IMG/VR virus record: IMGVR_UViG_3300025519_000052
Span: 1-64,000 of that record
From: a virus
Lineage: Duplodnaviria; Caudoviricetes
Direction: 5' to 3' (one strand)
Length of the DNA stretch: 64,000 nucleotides
Made by a program: the position numbers and the translations under genes. The notes under the pieces are model-generated. The model worked only from the letters and a program-made list of their open reading frames with translations, was not told the origin of the DNA and searched no databases. Positions 27,498 to 36,693 of the stretch are shown here, piece after piece (within the stretch, counting starts at the first letter, position 1; each line of letters begins with the position of its first letter).

Positions 27498-28046
27498 GTG
27501 CAAAACCCAATGAAAAAACTAATTGCACCAATTGCATTAGGACTATCAACGCTAATTGCCACTCCCTCAGATACTTTTGCTTATACGGTTAAAAGTGGGG
27601 ATACAATGAGTAAAATTGCAAAAGAAAATAATATTTCTTTGCAAGATTTATCAAAGGCTAACCCACAAATCAAAAACATTGATTTGATTTATGTTGGCCA
27701 AAATATCAATCTTTCTGCCAAAGAAAAAACACCATCACAACCTTCTTCAGTGAACAATGAAGGATTTAAAAATTTTATTTCAACTGCCTATTCTACTGGT
27801 TCAGTAACTGCAACAGGAACTTCAGTTAGTCAAGGTAGAACAATTGCAGTTGATCCAAATGTAATTCCATTAGGCTCAAAAGTTGAAATTATTTTTCCGT
27901 CCGAATATTCATATTTGAATGGAATTTATGTTGCTGAAGATACAGGTGGTGCAATCAAAGGCAATAAGATTGATTTGTATCTAAATTCCAAATCTGCTTG
28001 TATCAATTTTGGAGTTAGAAACGTACAATTAAAAATTATTGAATAA
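27498..28046 (+). CDS. Secreted LysM + 3D-domain cell-wall protein (YocH-like)
   Basis: Signal peptide, YTVKSGDTMSKIA LysM, AVDPNVIPLGS...AEDTGGAIKGNKIDLY 3D motif. Confidence 0.92.
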   Translation: MQNPMKKLIAPIALGLSTLIATPSDTFAYTVKSGDTMSKIAKENNISLQDLSKANPQIKNIDLIYVGQNINLSAKEKTPSQPSSVNNEGFKNFISTAYSTGSVTATGTSVSQGRTIAVDPNVIPLGSKVEIIFPSEYSYLNGIYVAEDTGGAIKGNKIDLYLNSKSACINFGVRNVQLKIIE

Positions 28047-28070
28047 GGAACTTAAGTTCCTTCTTTTTTT
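28045..28070 (+). terminator. Terminator
   Basis: AAGGAAC-TTAA-GTTCCTT then U-tract. Confidence 0.8.
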
Positions 28071-28327
28071 ATCAAAATAGATAAGAATATTCTTACTTAT
28101 AAATAAAAACAAAAAATGGGAGTAATTCAATAATGAACTATATAAATACATCCATCTTCAAAATTTGAATTGGTTGTGTCGCAAACATAAAGTCCTTTCC
28201 ACTTGCAAATCCATTCTTAATTCTTTTAACCCTTTCCTATGCTGCTCTATGATGTATATTGTGTATTATGTTTCATTCATGCTTACTTTAGGTTAAATAA
28301 AATTTTAAATAAATTTTTAAATAGGGG

Positions 28328-28356
28328 CGTACAAAACAGCAGAAACGCGTTAATAT
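28328..28356 (+). promoter_or_regulatory. SigA-like promoter of ardA
   Basis: CGTACA-N17-TAATAT. Confidence 0.5.
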
Positions 28357-28402
28357 ATTTATAGAGAAAAAAACTCAACTACTAAATGAAGGAGCGATTT
28401 AA

Positions 28403-28876
28403 ATGCTGGATATTTGTGTCGAGAAATTAAATACTGGAAGTTGGAAATGGTTTAACCTAGATAAAGTTGGAGCCGACGAAATTCAAGAATGGTTGAATGG
28501 CCAAGAATGGGAAATTGTTGATATTGAAGGTGGAAACACCTTGTATCGTGAATTAAGATATATGCCATTTGAAAAAATTAAAGAATTAAATGAAATGATT
28601 GAAGATGAACAACATTTGCAAATTGCAATTGAGATTTTAAAAAGAGGCATTGTAAATAATCTTGAAGAAGCATTGGAATATGAAAATTACAGATTATATA
28701 ATAATTGTAGTAGTATGGAAGATGTTGCTTATGAAGTTGTTGAAGAAAGTGGAATGTTGAGTGATGTTCCGGATCATTTAAGTAGATATTTCGATTATTC
28801 CTCTTATGGTCGTGATTTAGAAAGTAATGGTACATTCGTTCAATTAGATAATAATACGTACTTAGAAATTTGGTAA
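28403..28876 (+). CDS. ardA: ArdA antirestriction protein (DNA mimic)
   Basis: Acidic; SMEDVAYEVVEE...VPDHLSRYFDYSSYGRDL signature. Confidence 0.88.
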   Translation: MLDICVEKLNTGSWKWFNLDKVGADEIQEWLNGQEWEIVDIEGGNTLYRELRYMPFEKIKELNEMIEDEQHLQIAIEILKRGIVNNLEEALEYENYRLYNNCSSMEDVAYEVVEESGMLSDVPDHLSRYFDYSSYGRDLESNGTFVQLDNNTYLEIW

Positions 28877-28889
28877 AAATATAAAGCGA

Positions 28890-28914
28890 AGGCGCCCTAG
28901 TGGCGTCTTTTTTT
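28890..28914 (+). terminator. Terminator after ardA
   Basis: AGGCGCC/GGCGTCT plus U-tract. Confidence 0.8.
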
Positions 28915-28929
28915 ATTTGGCCATTTCCC

Positions 28930-28955
28930 TTACGTTTCCATCTGACAAGATATAA
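28930..28955 (+). promoter_or_regulatory. TTAC-N15-GATATAA promoter motif
   Basis: Exact motif. Confidence 0.75.
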
Positions 28956-28997
28956 AAATATTAGGAAACATAACAAATAACCGGAGGAGAAATTATT

Positions 28998-30068
28998 ATG
29001 GCCAAATTTAACGCACAAGCAAATTTTACAGCTGAACTTGATGGAACAACTGTGAATGAAATAAATAAAAAACTTGACTACTCAAAAAATAAGTTAGATG
29101 ATCGTAAAAAAATCGTTGAAGATATTTTAAACGAAACAGACTTCTTTGTTGAATATTTCTCTGAATATTTTAATCCAAATATTAATAATGTAGATTATCT
29201 TTCATCTAATATTAACGTCTGCAAATCTCTTGAAAGAATGGCAAATTACCTTCTTAACTCAAAAGAAATTAAGCAGCAAGAAGATGCTGAAAAAACTCAA
29301 TATGTCTTTTATACTGATGAAAAATATTTTCAAAGGAAATTAAATAAAGAAAAGTCTATCGAGTCAATTACACAAGATAATAAAGATAATGTAATTCACT
29401 TTTTGAAACGCAACGAACCAAACTACAAAAAAGAGAAAAAACAAACTATCAATTTGACCAGAAACGATAAAGTGAGATTTAAAAATAAAGCTGTTAAGAA
29501 AAATGAACAAGAATTAAAACGAATTCTCAATGATTATCAGCAGTTTCATGATTTTCTTACTGAAAAATTAGTTGATAAAAATAAATTAGCTAACCGATAC
29601 CTTTTATCGAAAACAAAAAGCCAGGTTGAACAAGATATGATTTATACCAAAGACTCTTTCTTAAGGATTTTTGGTTATAATCTTCAAAACTTCCATGAGT
29701 CAACTGTTCCAACCTTAGATGTTTTTGATTTTACGAATCCTCTACATGTTAAAGGTGGAAAAGTAACTTTTGTTGATAATGCAGGAAATGAGCATGAAGT
29801 TTATGCTAAAGGCTTATTGTATTTCAAAAATGATTTTGATCCAAATAATGAATTTAGTTTTGTTATTGCCGATTTCAATAAAACTGTGGATCAAGCCGGG
29901 TTAACTAATGATGAAAAATTTGTATTGAATTCAATTCGTAACGGTTTAACTCAAGAAGAAATTGCTGCTGAGCTTGGAACTTATCAGAAAAAAATTTCAA
30001 GGATGATAGATATAATTGCTAACAAAGTAATGAGAGTTGGAAATAAATATGACTTAGCAGAGGAATAA
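28998..30068 (+). CDS. Protein with C-terminal sigma-region-4/LuxR-like HTH; putative transcription factor
   Basis: GLTNDEKFVLNSIRNGLTQEEIAAELGTYQKKISRMI. Confidence 0.6.
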   Translation: MAKFNAQANFTAELDGTTVNEINKKLDYSKNKLDDRKKIVEDILNETDFFVEYFSEYFNPNINNVDYLSSNINVCKSLERMANYLLNSKEIKQQEDAEKTQYVFYTDEKYFQRKLNKEKSIESITQDNKDNVIHFLKRNEPNYKKEKKQTINLTRNDKVRFKNKAVKKNEQELKRILNDYQQFHDFLTEKLVDKNKLANRYLLSKTKSQVEQDMIYTKDSFLRIFGYNLQNFHESTVPTLDVFDFTNPLHVKGGKVTFVDNAGNEHEVYAKGLLYFKNDFDPNNEFSFVIADFNKTVDQAGLTNDEKFVLNSIRNGLTQEEIAAELGTYQKKISRMIDIIANKVMRVGNKYDLAEE

Positions 30069-30094
30069 TTTTCCTCTCTTTTTTTATTTTTAGC

Positions 30095-30120
30095 TTACGA
30101 ATCAAATCATCGAGATAAAA
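30095..30120 (+). promoter_or_regulatory. Promoter motif variant TTAC-N15-GATAAAA
   Basis: One mismatch, same spacing, follows a terminator. Confidence 0.6.
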
Positions 30121-30165
30121 AAATTAAGAATCGCGACTCCATATTTTGGAAATGGAGGAACTCTT

Positions 30166-30819
30166 ATGGAAAAATTGCAAGGCTATGAATTAAACAATAA
30201 AAATTTAATGAGATTTAAAGAAATTACTCATAAAATGATGGAGAAAAAATTTGTATATGATGAAATTAAAGGACATCCAACAAAATATGAATTAATAAAG
30301 CACATTCCTGGCTGGGAAACTCTTGATATTAACCATTCTTCAATTAAACCCTTATTTGATAAATTTGTAATGAAAAGGTCTTATGAACCTGGTTCTGCAG
30401 AATTTTTATTGCCAGAAACCATTAATATGTTACCAGGATGGAATGTAGCTAACTCAACAAAGTCCGAAGATATGAAAGGTCACTACGATATACTAGTAAC
30501 CAGTTTTAAATATAATATTATTGGAACTATCCAGGTATATTCTGGAAATGATTTTGATTATCTAATGCAAAAGATGAAAAATGAAATGTTATCTCAAATT
30601 AAAAAAACAGGCAAGCGAAGTGTCTATATTCAATCTGTTTTTGATGGTGATTTTGCTCATAAGGATGAAAGGGCTTACAAATGGATTGATTATGATGGAA
30701 GTGTCAAAGCAACAGTTTTCTTTCAAACTCCTTATGGACTCGATATTAATACAGCCAAACAAATAGAAAAGAAGATTCTCTTACCATCTATGGTCAATAA
30801 GTTTACGTTTGATTTTTGA
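30166..30819 (+). CDS. Hypothetical protein, possible PD-(D/E)xK-like fold
   Basis: EDMKGHYDILV...IQVY spacing loosely resembles nuclease motifs. Confidence 0.35.
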   Translation: MEKLQGYELNNKNLMRFKEITHKMMEKKFVYDEIKGHPTKYELIKHIPGWETLDINHSSIKPLFDKFVMKRSYEPGSAEFLLPETINMLPGWNVANSTKSEDMKGHYDILVTSFKYNIIGTIQVYSGNDFDYLMQKMKNEMLSQIKKTGKRSVYIQSVFDGDFAHKDERAYKWIDYDGSVKATVFFQTPYGLDINTAKQIEKKILLPSMVNKFTFDF

Positions 30820-30828
30820 TAGATATAA
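30803..30828 (+). promoter_or_regulatory. TTAC-N15-GATATAA promoter motif
   Basis: Exact motif upstream of the thyA homologue. Confidence 0.75.
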
Positions 30829-30860
30829 ATATTTTAGAAAATATACGGAGGTTCTAAAAT

Positions 30861-31670
30861 ATGAATTATGCCGATCAAATATTTAAACAAAATTTAAAAG
30901 AAATTCTTAATGAAGAATTTGAAATAGATAACAGAGCAAAATGGAAAGATGGCACTCAAGTTTACACTAAAAGAATCATTTCTGTTGTAAACAAATATGA
31001 TCTTTCAAAAGAATTTCCAGCTATTACTTTAAGACCTATTGGAATTAAATCAGTATTTAAAGAATTAGATTGGATTTATCGAAAACAGTCCAATAATATT
31101 AATGATTTAGGATTAAAAATTTGGGATTCATGGGCTGATGAAAATGGATCAGTTGGTAAGACTTATGGCTATCAAATTTCAAAGCCTGTATTTGGTTATG
31201 ATAATCAAATTGATTATATCCTGGGAGAAATTCAAAAGAATCCTACTTCTCGAAGACTGGTTGTGGAAATGTGGAATGTCAATGAATTATCTGAAATGAA
31301 TCTACCACCATGTTATCATAATTTGCAATTTTTAATCAAGAACGGAAAGCTTCATTTAATTTTGAAACAACGTTCTTTAGATATGATAACTGCAGGAAAT
31401 TGGGATGTTGTCCTTCATGCCCTGTTAGTTCATATGATTGCCAGACATTGCAATTTAGAAGTTGGTACATTAACTCATATCATTGGTGATATGCACATTT
31501 ATAATAAACATATTGACCAAGCTTATGAAATGTTGAATAGAAAAAGTTTAGAAGCTCCGAAATTTTGGTTAAATCCAGAAGTTAAAAATTTCTATGACTT
31601 TACTGAATCAGATGTGAAATTAACATATAAAGAAAAACATCCACAATTAAAATTTGAAGTAGCAATTTAA
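30861..31670 (+). CDS. thyA: Thymidylate synthase homologue with Asp at the substrate-specificity position (possible dCMP methylase/hydroxymethylase)
   Basis: PPC (Cys151), QRSLD, GDMHIY motifs; residue 182 is Asp where ThyA has Asn. Confidence 0.85.
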   Translation: MNYADQIFKQNLKEILNEEFEIDNRAKWKDGTQVYTKRIISVVNKYDLSKEFPAITLRPIGIKSVFKELDWIYRKQSNNINDLGLKIWDSWADENGSVGKTYGYQISKPVFGYDNQIDYILGEIQKNPTSRRLVVEMWNVNELSEMNLPPCYHNLQFLIKNGKLHLILKQRSLDMITAGNWDVVLHALLVHMIARHCNLEVGTLTHIIGDMHIYNKHIDQAYEMLNRKSLEAPKFWLNPEVKNFYDFTESDVKLTYKEKHPQLKFEVAI

Positions 31671-31706
31671 ACTTAAGAAAGATGCAGACTATCTAAAGTT
31701 TTTTAT

Positions 31707-31732
31707 TTACACTATCTGATCGCTCGATATAA
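31707..31732 (+). promoter_or_regulatory. TTAC-N15-GATATAA promoter motif
   Basis: Exact motif. Confidence 0.75.
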
Positions 31733-31742
31733 ATATATCGAG

Positions 31743-31952
31743 GTGATTTTATTGAGCAGATTAAATACTATGGCCCGTTTTGATGGACCAGATGAAAAAG
31801 AACCAAAAGTTATTGATTATTGTTATTCATGCAATGCTGAACTCTATGAAGGTGAAGAAGTTGTAGCTCTTGAGGATTTTTTATTTTGTGATATTGATTG
31901 TCTTTTCGACGCAATAAAATATAAGACTCTGGAGGAAAATAAATATGTTTGA
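31743..31952 (+). CDS. Small Cys-rich (zinc-binding) hypothetical protein
   Basis: CYSC...CDIDC. Confidence 0.6.
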   Translation: MILLSRLNTMARFDGPDEKEPKVIDYCYSCNAELYEGEEVVALEDFLFCDIDCLFDAIKYKTLEENKYV

Positions 31953-32388
31953 AAAACCTTGTGATGAAAAAGTATGTCCTGTTTGCTTGGCTTGTTGTAG
32001 CAGAATCTCTGAATTAGAAAATGACCTTCATTCCCTAGTTGTTGAAAATGAAAAGCTTAAAGCAGACTTTAAAATGTTTGATTTTTATAAGGAACAATAC
32101 AACAATTATTTAAGTGAAGATTATCATTGGTTAATGGAACAAGCTGAATATATTGAGAAATTAGAGCTAGAGATAAACGATTTGCGATCAGAAGTCCAAG
32201 AATGGCAACAATTTTATAATGAATCCGAAGAAAGCCATTTAGAAACGATGGAATTGCTGAAAGACATTGTGAATCAAAATAAACGCTTACGCAAGTCTAT
32301 AATCAAAGCTATTTCCGACATTGAGGTGATTAATCTGCATGAAGCGAAAAAGACATTAAGAGAGGCACTAAATGATGATGAAAATTGA
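31945..32388 (+). CDS. Coiled-coil hypothetical protein
   Basis: CPVC N-terminus plus heptads. Confidence 0.6.
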   Translation: MFEKPCDEKVCPVCLACCSRISELENDLHSLVVENEKLKADFKMFDFYKEQYNNYLSEDYHWLMEQAEYIEKLELEINDLRSEVQEWQQFYNESEESHLETMELLKDIVNQNKRLRKSIIKAISDIEVINLHEAKKTLREALNDDEN

Positions 32389-32707
32389 CAGTAAATGAAA
32401 CGGAAGGGGAACAATAGAAATAAAATTCTGAACACTTTCGAGGTGCAAAATCCTTGCTTGCCTTAAGAAGAACAAGAAAGTGAATTTATGATTTTAACCT
32501 TTATTAGTTGGATTGTTTCTATTCTTTCTCTGATTGTTTCAATTGTCGTAATGATTCAGTACAAGAACTAATATCATATGCCACTCCATAATGAATAATA
32601 AATAAAATAAGTATATGACTTTGAAGGTAAAAACCTATGAAACGAACAAATAAATTAACTAACAGCATCTTGAAACTTCAATGTGAAAATGAGGAGTAGT
32701 ATAATAA

Positions 32708-33517
32708 ATGAGTAAAGAATTACTTGGAAGTTTAGAATTAAATCGTGTGTATCAAATGGACTGCTTGGAAGGTATGAAGTTATTGCCTGATAAGAGCATT
32801 GATATGATTCTGTGTGATTTACCATATGGAACAACTGCATGTAAATGGGATACAATAATTCCTTTAGATAAACTTTGGGAGCAATATAAAAGGCTAATCA
32901 AAGACAATGGCGCAATTGTTTTGACATCTTCACAACCTTTTACAACTAAGCTGATAAGTTCAAATATGGAAATGTTTAAATATTGTTGGTATTGGATTAA
33001 AAGTAAACCTAATGGTTGGCAACACGCTAAAAATAAACCAATGACTAAAGTTGAAGAGGTGTGCGTGTTTTCAAAAGCACCTATGGGGCATAAAAGCCAA
33101 CTAGGAGATAGAAGAATGATATACAACCCACAAGGGGTCAAGTCGGCTGGAAAGAAAAAGGTGACAGAGGTTGCTCACGGAAGAATGATGGGCGCAAGAC
33201 CAAATCAAGTAGGTAAAGAATACGAAGCGTTTACAGGTTTTCCACATAATGTATTGGAATATCCTAATATTATTGGAAAACAAGCATTGCATCCAACACA
33301 AAAGCCTGTTAAATTGTTTGAATATCTTATTAAAACTTACACAAACGAAAATGAAATTGTTTTAGATAATTGTTTAGGTTCTGGAACTACCGCAGTCGCT
33401 TGTGAACTAACCAACCGTAAATGGATTGGGTTTGAAACAGAAAAAGAATATATTGAAATTATCAATAAAAGATTAGACCAAATACAACTTGATAATGACT
33501 TAAAAGATTATGAATAA
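32708..33517 (+). CDS. Orphan DNA methyltransferase (N4C/N6A, beta class)
   Basis: CDLPYG, HPTQKP, LDNCLGSGTT; N-terminus similar to the 16913-17926 enzyme. Confidence 0.93.
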   Translation: MSKELLGSLELNRVYQMDCLEGMKLLPDKSIDMILCDLPYGTTACKWDTIIPLDKLWEQYKRLIKDNGAIVLTSSQPFTTKLISSNMEMFKYCWYWIKSKPNGWQHAKNKPMTKVEEVCVFSKAPMGHKSQLGDRRMIYNPQGVKSAGKKKVTEVAHGRMMGARPNQVGKEYEAFTGFPHNVLEYPNIIGKQALHPTQKPVKLFEYLIKTYTNENEIVLDNCLGSGTTAVACELTNRKWIGFETEKEYIEIINKRLDQIQLDNDLKDYE

Positions 33518-33690
33518 CCGCACATTTTAAATTTTAATAGATAAGCTGTGTGGAATGAGTGCTTATATTACTATAGTCTAATTAGTTTTCCCTTATTCCT
33601 CACCTAATTTAGCCCAAAATATGCTGATGAAGTCATAAAAGAATATAATGAAAAAATTAAAGAGAGCAAATAATGCTCTCTTTTTATTTG

Positions 33691-33744
33691 GTTAACTAAG
33701 GTTGACACAGTTAACCGTTGGCATTATTATAAAGAAAAGTTAAC
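33691..33744 (+). promoter_or_regulatory. SigA promoter with three GTTAAC palindromes (operator)
   Basis: TTGACA(33702)-N17-TATTAT(33725); GTTAAC at 33691, 33710, 33739. Confidence 0.75.
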
Positions 33745-33754
33745 CAGAAAAGGA

Positions 33755-34642
33755 ATGATTAAAATGAGCACATATAGTGAGTTACTTGGAATTAAAGTTA
33801 AACCAGAAACAAAAGAAAATATCATGAAGTTAACTGAAAAATTAACTCAGGCTGGTCGAATTGATTATAAAGGTGATGTTATTGATTATTTAATTCAACG
33901 TGCCGATTTGAGAGATTTATCTGAAGAAATTTCTTATGGCGGCTATCTTAGAGACTTGCAACAACAAACCAAAAGAATTGAAGAAATATTTGTTTCCTTG
34001 GCTAAACAGAATGAGGGAAATTTGGAATTTACCAAAAAAGAAATGCAAGGAAAGATAATTGAACTTCAAGAAGTTGTTAATCAATTGGAGCGAGAGAAAA
34101 ACGAACTTGAAATGCAGTTAGCTGAAGAAAAGTCTAAAATAGAAGAGTTAACTGGGTTAATCGAAGTTAATCAAAAAGCAGTAAATGATTATTCTGATCG
34201 TATTGAAGAACAGAAAAATACAATTAGCATTATGAGTGCTAATATGAAAGCGCTTGAAGATAAAGTAAAAACTCTAAAGCAATTAGAAGATACTAATAGA
34301 AAATTGAATCAAGATTTAACCAATAAAGAATTTTATCTGAAAGAGCTAACTGATAAAGTATCTAGCCTAGAAAAATCGATTCAAGAACAAAAAGATTATT
34401 ATGAGAAGAAAATAGAAATGCAAAATTTTGAATGGGAAAAAGCATTATTTGAAAAAGAAAGAGAATTTCAAAATCACTTCCAGAGTATGGCAGATGAACT
34501 TTATAAGCAGCGTGATGATTACATTTCTAAATATGATGAAAAACTCTCTTCCCTTCAGGATAAATATAATACTCTTTTAGAAGAAAAGCAAAAATTGGAA
34601 GCTCAATTAAATAAAGAAGGAAATAAAAACCGGAATGATTAG
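33755..34642 (+). CDS. Long coiled-coil protein with putative N-terminal DNA-binding domain
   Basis: About 230 aa of heptads after a RHH-like N-terminus. Confidence 0.6.
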   Translation: MIKMSTYSELLGIKVKPETKENIMKLTEKLTQAGRIDYKGDVIDYLIQRADLRDLSEEISYGGYLRDLQQQTKRIEEIFVSLAKQNEGNLEFTKKEMQGKIIELQEVVNQLEREKNELEMQLAEEKSKIEELTGLIEVNQKAVNDYSDRIEEQKNTISIMSANMKALEDKVKTLKQLEDTNRKLNQDLTNKEFYLKELTDKVSSLEKSIQEQKDYYEKKIEMQNFEWEKALFEKEREFQNHFQSMADELYKQRDDYISKYDEKLSSLQDKYNTLLEEKQKLEAQLNKEGNKNRND

Positions 34643-34730
34643 AGTTAAAACTTCATGGATTGTCTGAAGTAGAAATAAAAATTTAATACCATTCCACCAT
34701 TAAATATGGTGGATTTTTTTATTCCTCAGT

Positions 34731-34756
34731 TTACATCTTAAAACCTGCAGATATAA
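34731..34756 (+). promoter_or_regulatory. TTAC-N15-GATATAA promoter motif
   Basis: Exact motif. Confidence 0.75.
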
Positions 34757-34809
34757 AGATTATGTAATTTTTATTGATGATGATTTTTAAAAAATATCTA
34801 AGATGCAGC

Positions 34810-34835
34810 TTACAAACGAAAATCATCAGATATAA
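34810..34835 (+). promoter_or_regulatory. TTAC-N15-GATATAA promoter motif
   Basis: Exact motif. Confidence 0.75.
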
Positions 34836-34879
34836 AAAAATTGAAATTAAACAAATCTTTAAATCGGAGGAATTTTATT

Positions 34880-35869
34880 ATGGAAAATACTCAACTTCGC
34901 CAGCTACAAAATACTGTTGAAATTATTGGTACTTTGAAATCTAAAGATTTAGAAGTTCGTACTTCCAAAAAAGGCAATCAATATATGTCTGGCAATTTAG
35001 TAGTTCAATCGGTTGTTGATAATAAAATTAATGAAACAAGGGTAAGAGTTTTCACTATGCAATCTTCCAAATTGTTTAAAGGAATTGAAACTGTTAAAAA
35101 CGAGTACAAATCAATTGATGAATATGGTGAAGAAAATGCAGATCGAATTCGAGTAATTGGTGAATTGGGATTAAATGAGTATTATAATCAACAAGGCAAC
35201 TTAGTTCAATTTAATGAAGTTAGAGGCGTTTTCTTCAATCGTTTAGACAAAGAAAATAAGCAACCAGATAAAGCTATTGCTTCAATTGAAACTGTTGTTG
35301 AAAATTTTGTTGAAAAAACTGATAAAGATGGTCTTCCAACCGGTGAATATGCTGTCAATGGTTTTACTGTTGGATGGGGAAATGAAGTTATTGAATTGAA
35401 AAATGTAGTAATTGGTAAAGAACTTGCTCAATCATTTATGGACTTATATCAACCTGGCTCAACTGGTCTATTAACATATAAACTTAATAACTATGTTGAG
35501 GTTGAAGAAAGACAAGAAGAACAAAATACTACACATGGATTTGGATCTAGTGAAAAAGTTTCCAGTTCAAATATTATCAAAAACTATGTAAATAACATTG
35601 AAATTATCGGTGGCGATATGCCATTCTTCGGTTCTAAGGAATACACACCAGATGAAATTGCGGCTGCAAAGAAAATTCGTGCTTTAAAATTGCAAGAATT
35701 ACAACAACCGGCACCTGAAATTCCACAAACCAATACTGGATTTGGACAAAAACCTTTGACAATGAAAGACATTGATAGTCAAATGCCAACAAATATGATG
35801 GACGGTAACCAAAATCCATTTGATGCAATGAATAATCTAAATGATGATGACGAAATGCCAGATTTTTAA
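34880..35869 (+). CDS. Putative single-stranded DNA-binding protein
   Basis: Beta-rich OB-like N-terminus (VEIIGTLKSKDLEVRTSKKG), acidic DDDEMPDF C-terminal tail; GGAGG RBS at MENTQ. Confidence 0.6.
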   Translation: MENTQLRQLQNTVEIIGTLKSKDLEVRTSKKGNQYMSGNLVVQSVVDNKINETRVRVFTMQSSKLFKGIETVKNEYKSIDEYGEENADRIRVIGELGLNEYYNQQGNLVQFNEVRGVFFNRLDKENKQPDKAIASIETVVENFVEKTDKDGLPTGEYAVNGFTVGWGNEVIELKNVVIGKELAQSFMDLYQPGSTGLLTYKLNNYVEVEERQEEQNTTHGFGSSEKVSSSNIIKNYVNNIEIIGGDMPFFGSKEYTPDEIAAAKKIRALKLQELQQPAPEIPQTNTGFGQKPLTMKDIDSQMPTNMMDGNQNPFDAMNNLNDDDEMPDF

Positions 35870-35952
35870 TAAATTGGTAACTTATCAAATTTGAAGGGAT
35901 TAAATATATCCCTTCTCCCCTATTTTAAATTAAAACCAGGAGGAAATTTTGA

Positions 35953-36693
35953 ATGGGCAATAAATATGACGATATTCGTTGGAAATGGTTGGCTGAACGA
36001 GGATTTAATGTCTTAGCTGATAAACACCAATATGCTTATGCTCAAAGTTTATTTGCGAGCCCTGACGTTGTAACTGGAGTTTTTTGTGATGCAAAAGCTG
36101 GAACTGGTAAAACAACAATTGCCACTTTAATTGGTGCATATGAAGTGGAACGAGGAAATTATGACAGAATTATTTATGTGAGAAACGCTGTTCCAGTTCG
36201 TGATATTGGCTTTCTTCCTGGTGGAATTGGTGAAAAAGAATTGCCTTATATGTTGCCATTTATTGAAGCTCTTGACCATGTTCAACCTGGATTATTTGAA
36301 AAATGGTCATGTCAACAAGAAGATGGAAAGAACAAAGATAAAGAAACTCCAAAGGTTCAAGTTACTACTTCTGCTTATTCAAGAGGTATTACTTGGAATA
36401 ATGCTTTTATTATCATTGATGAATTTCAATCTTTCGACCTTAATGAAGCACAAACTGTTTTAACAAGACCAACTGATAACTGTAAAGTTGTTGTTATTGG
36501 ATCAACAAGACAAAATGATAATCCAAAAAATAAAATTAATGGAATGACTCCGTTCGAAATATATATGAGACATTTTCAAGGTTATCCGGTAGCTTTCCAT
36601 AAACTTGAAACTAACTATCGTGGATGGTTATCAACTAGAGCTGATGAAATACATGAGACTATTGAGAAGTTAAAATCGGAGGAAATATCATGA
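35953..36693 (+). CDS. phoH: PhoH-family ATPase
   Basis: AKAGTGKT, IGFLPG, YSRGITW, IIDEFQ. Confidence 0.9.
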   Translation: MGNKYDDIRWKWLAERGFNVLADKHQYAYAQSLFASPDVVTGVFCDAKAGTGKTTIATLIGAYEVERGNYDRIIYVRNAVPVRDIGFLPGGIGEKELPYMLPFIEALDHVQPGLFEKWSCQQEDGKNKDKETPKVQVTTSAYSRGITWNNAFIIIDEFQSFDLNEAQTVLTRPTDNCKVVVIGSTRQNDNPKNKINGMTPFEIYMRHFQGYPVAFHKLETNYRGWLSTRADEIHETIEKLKSEEIS

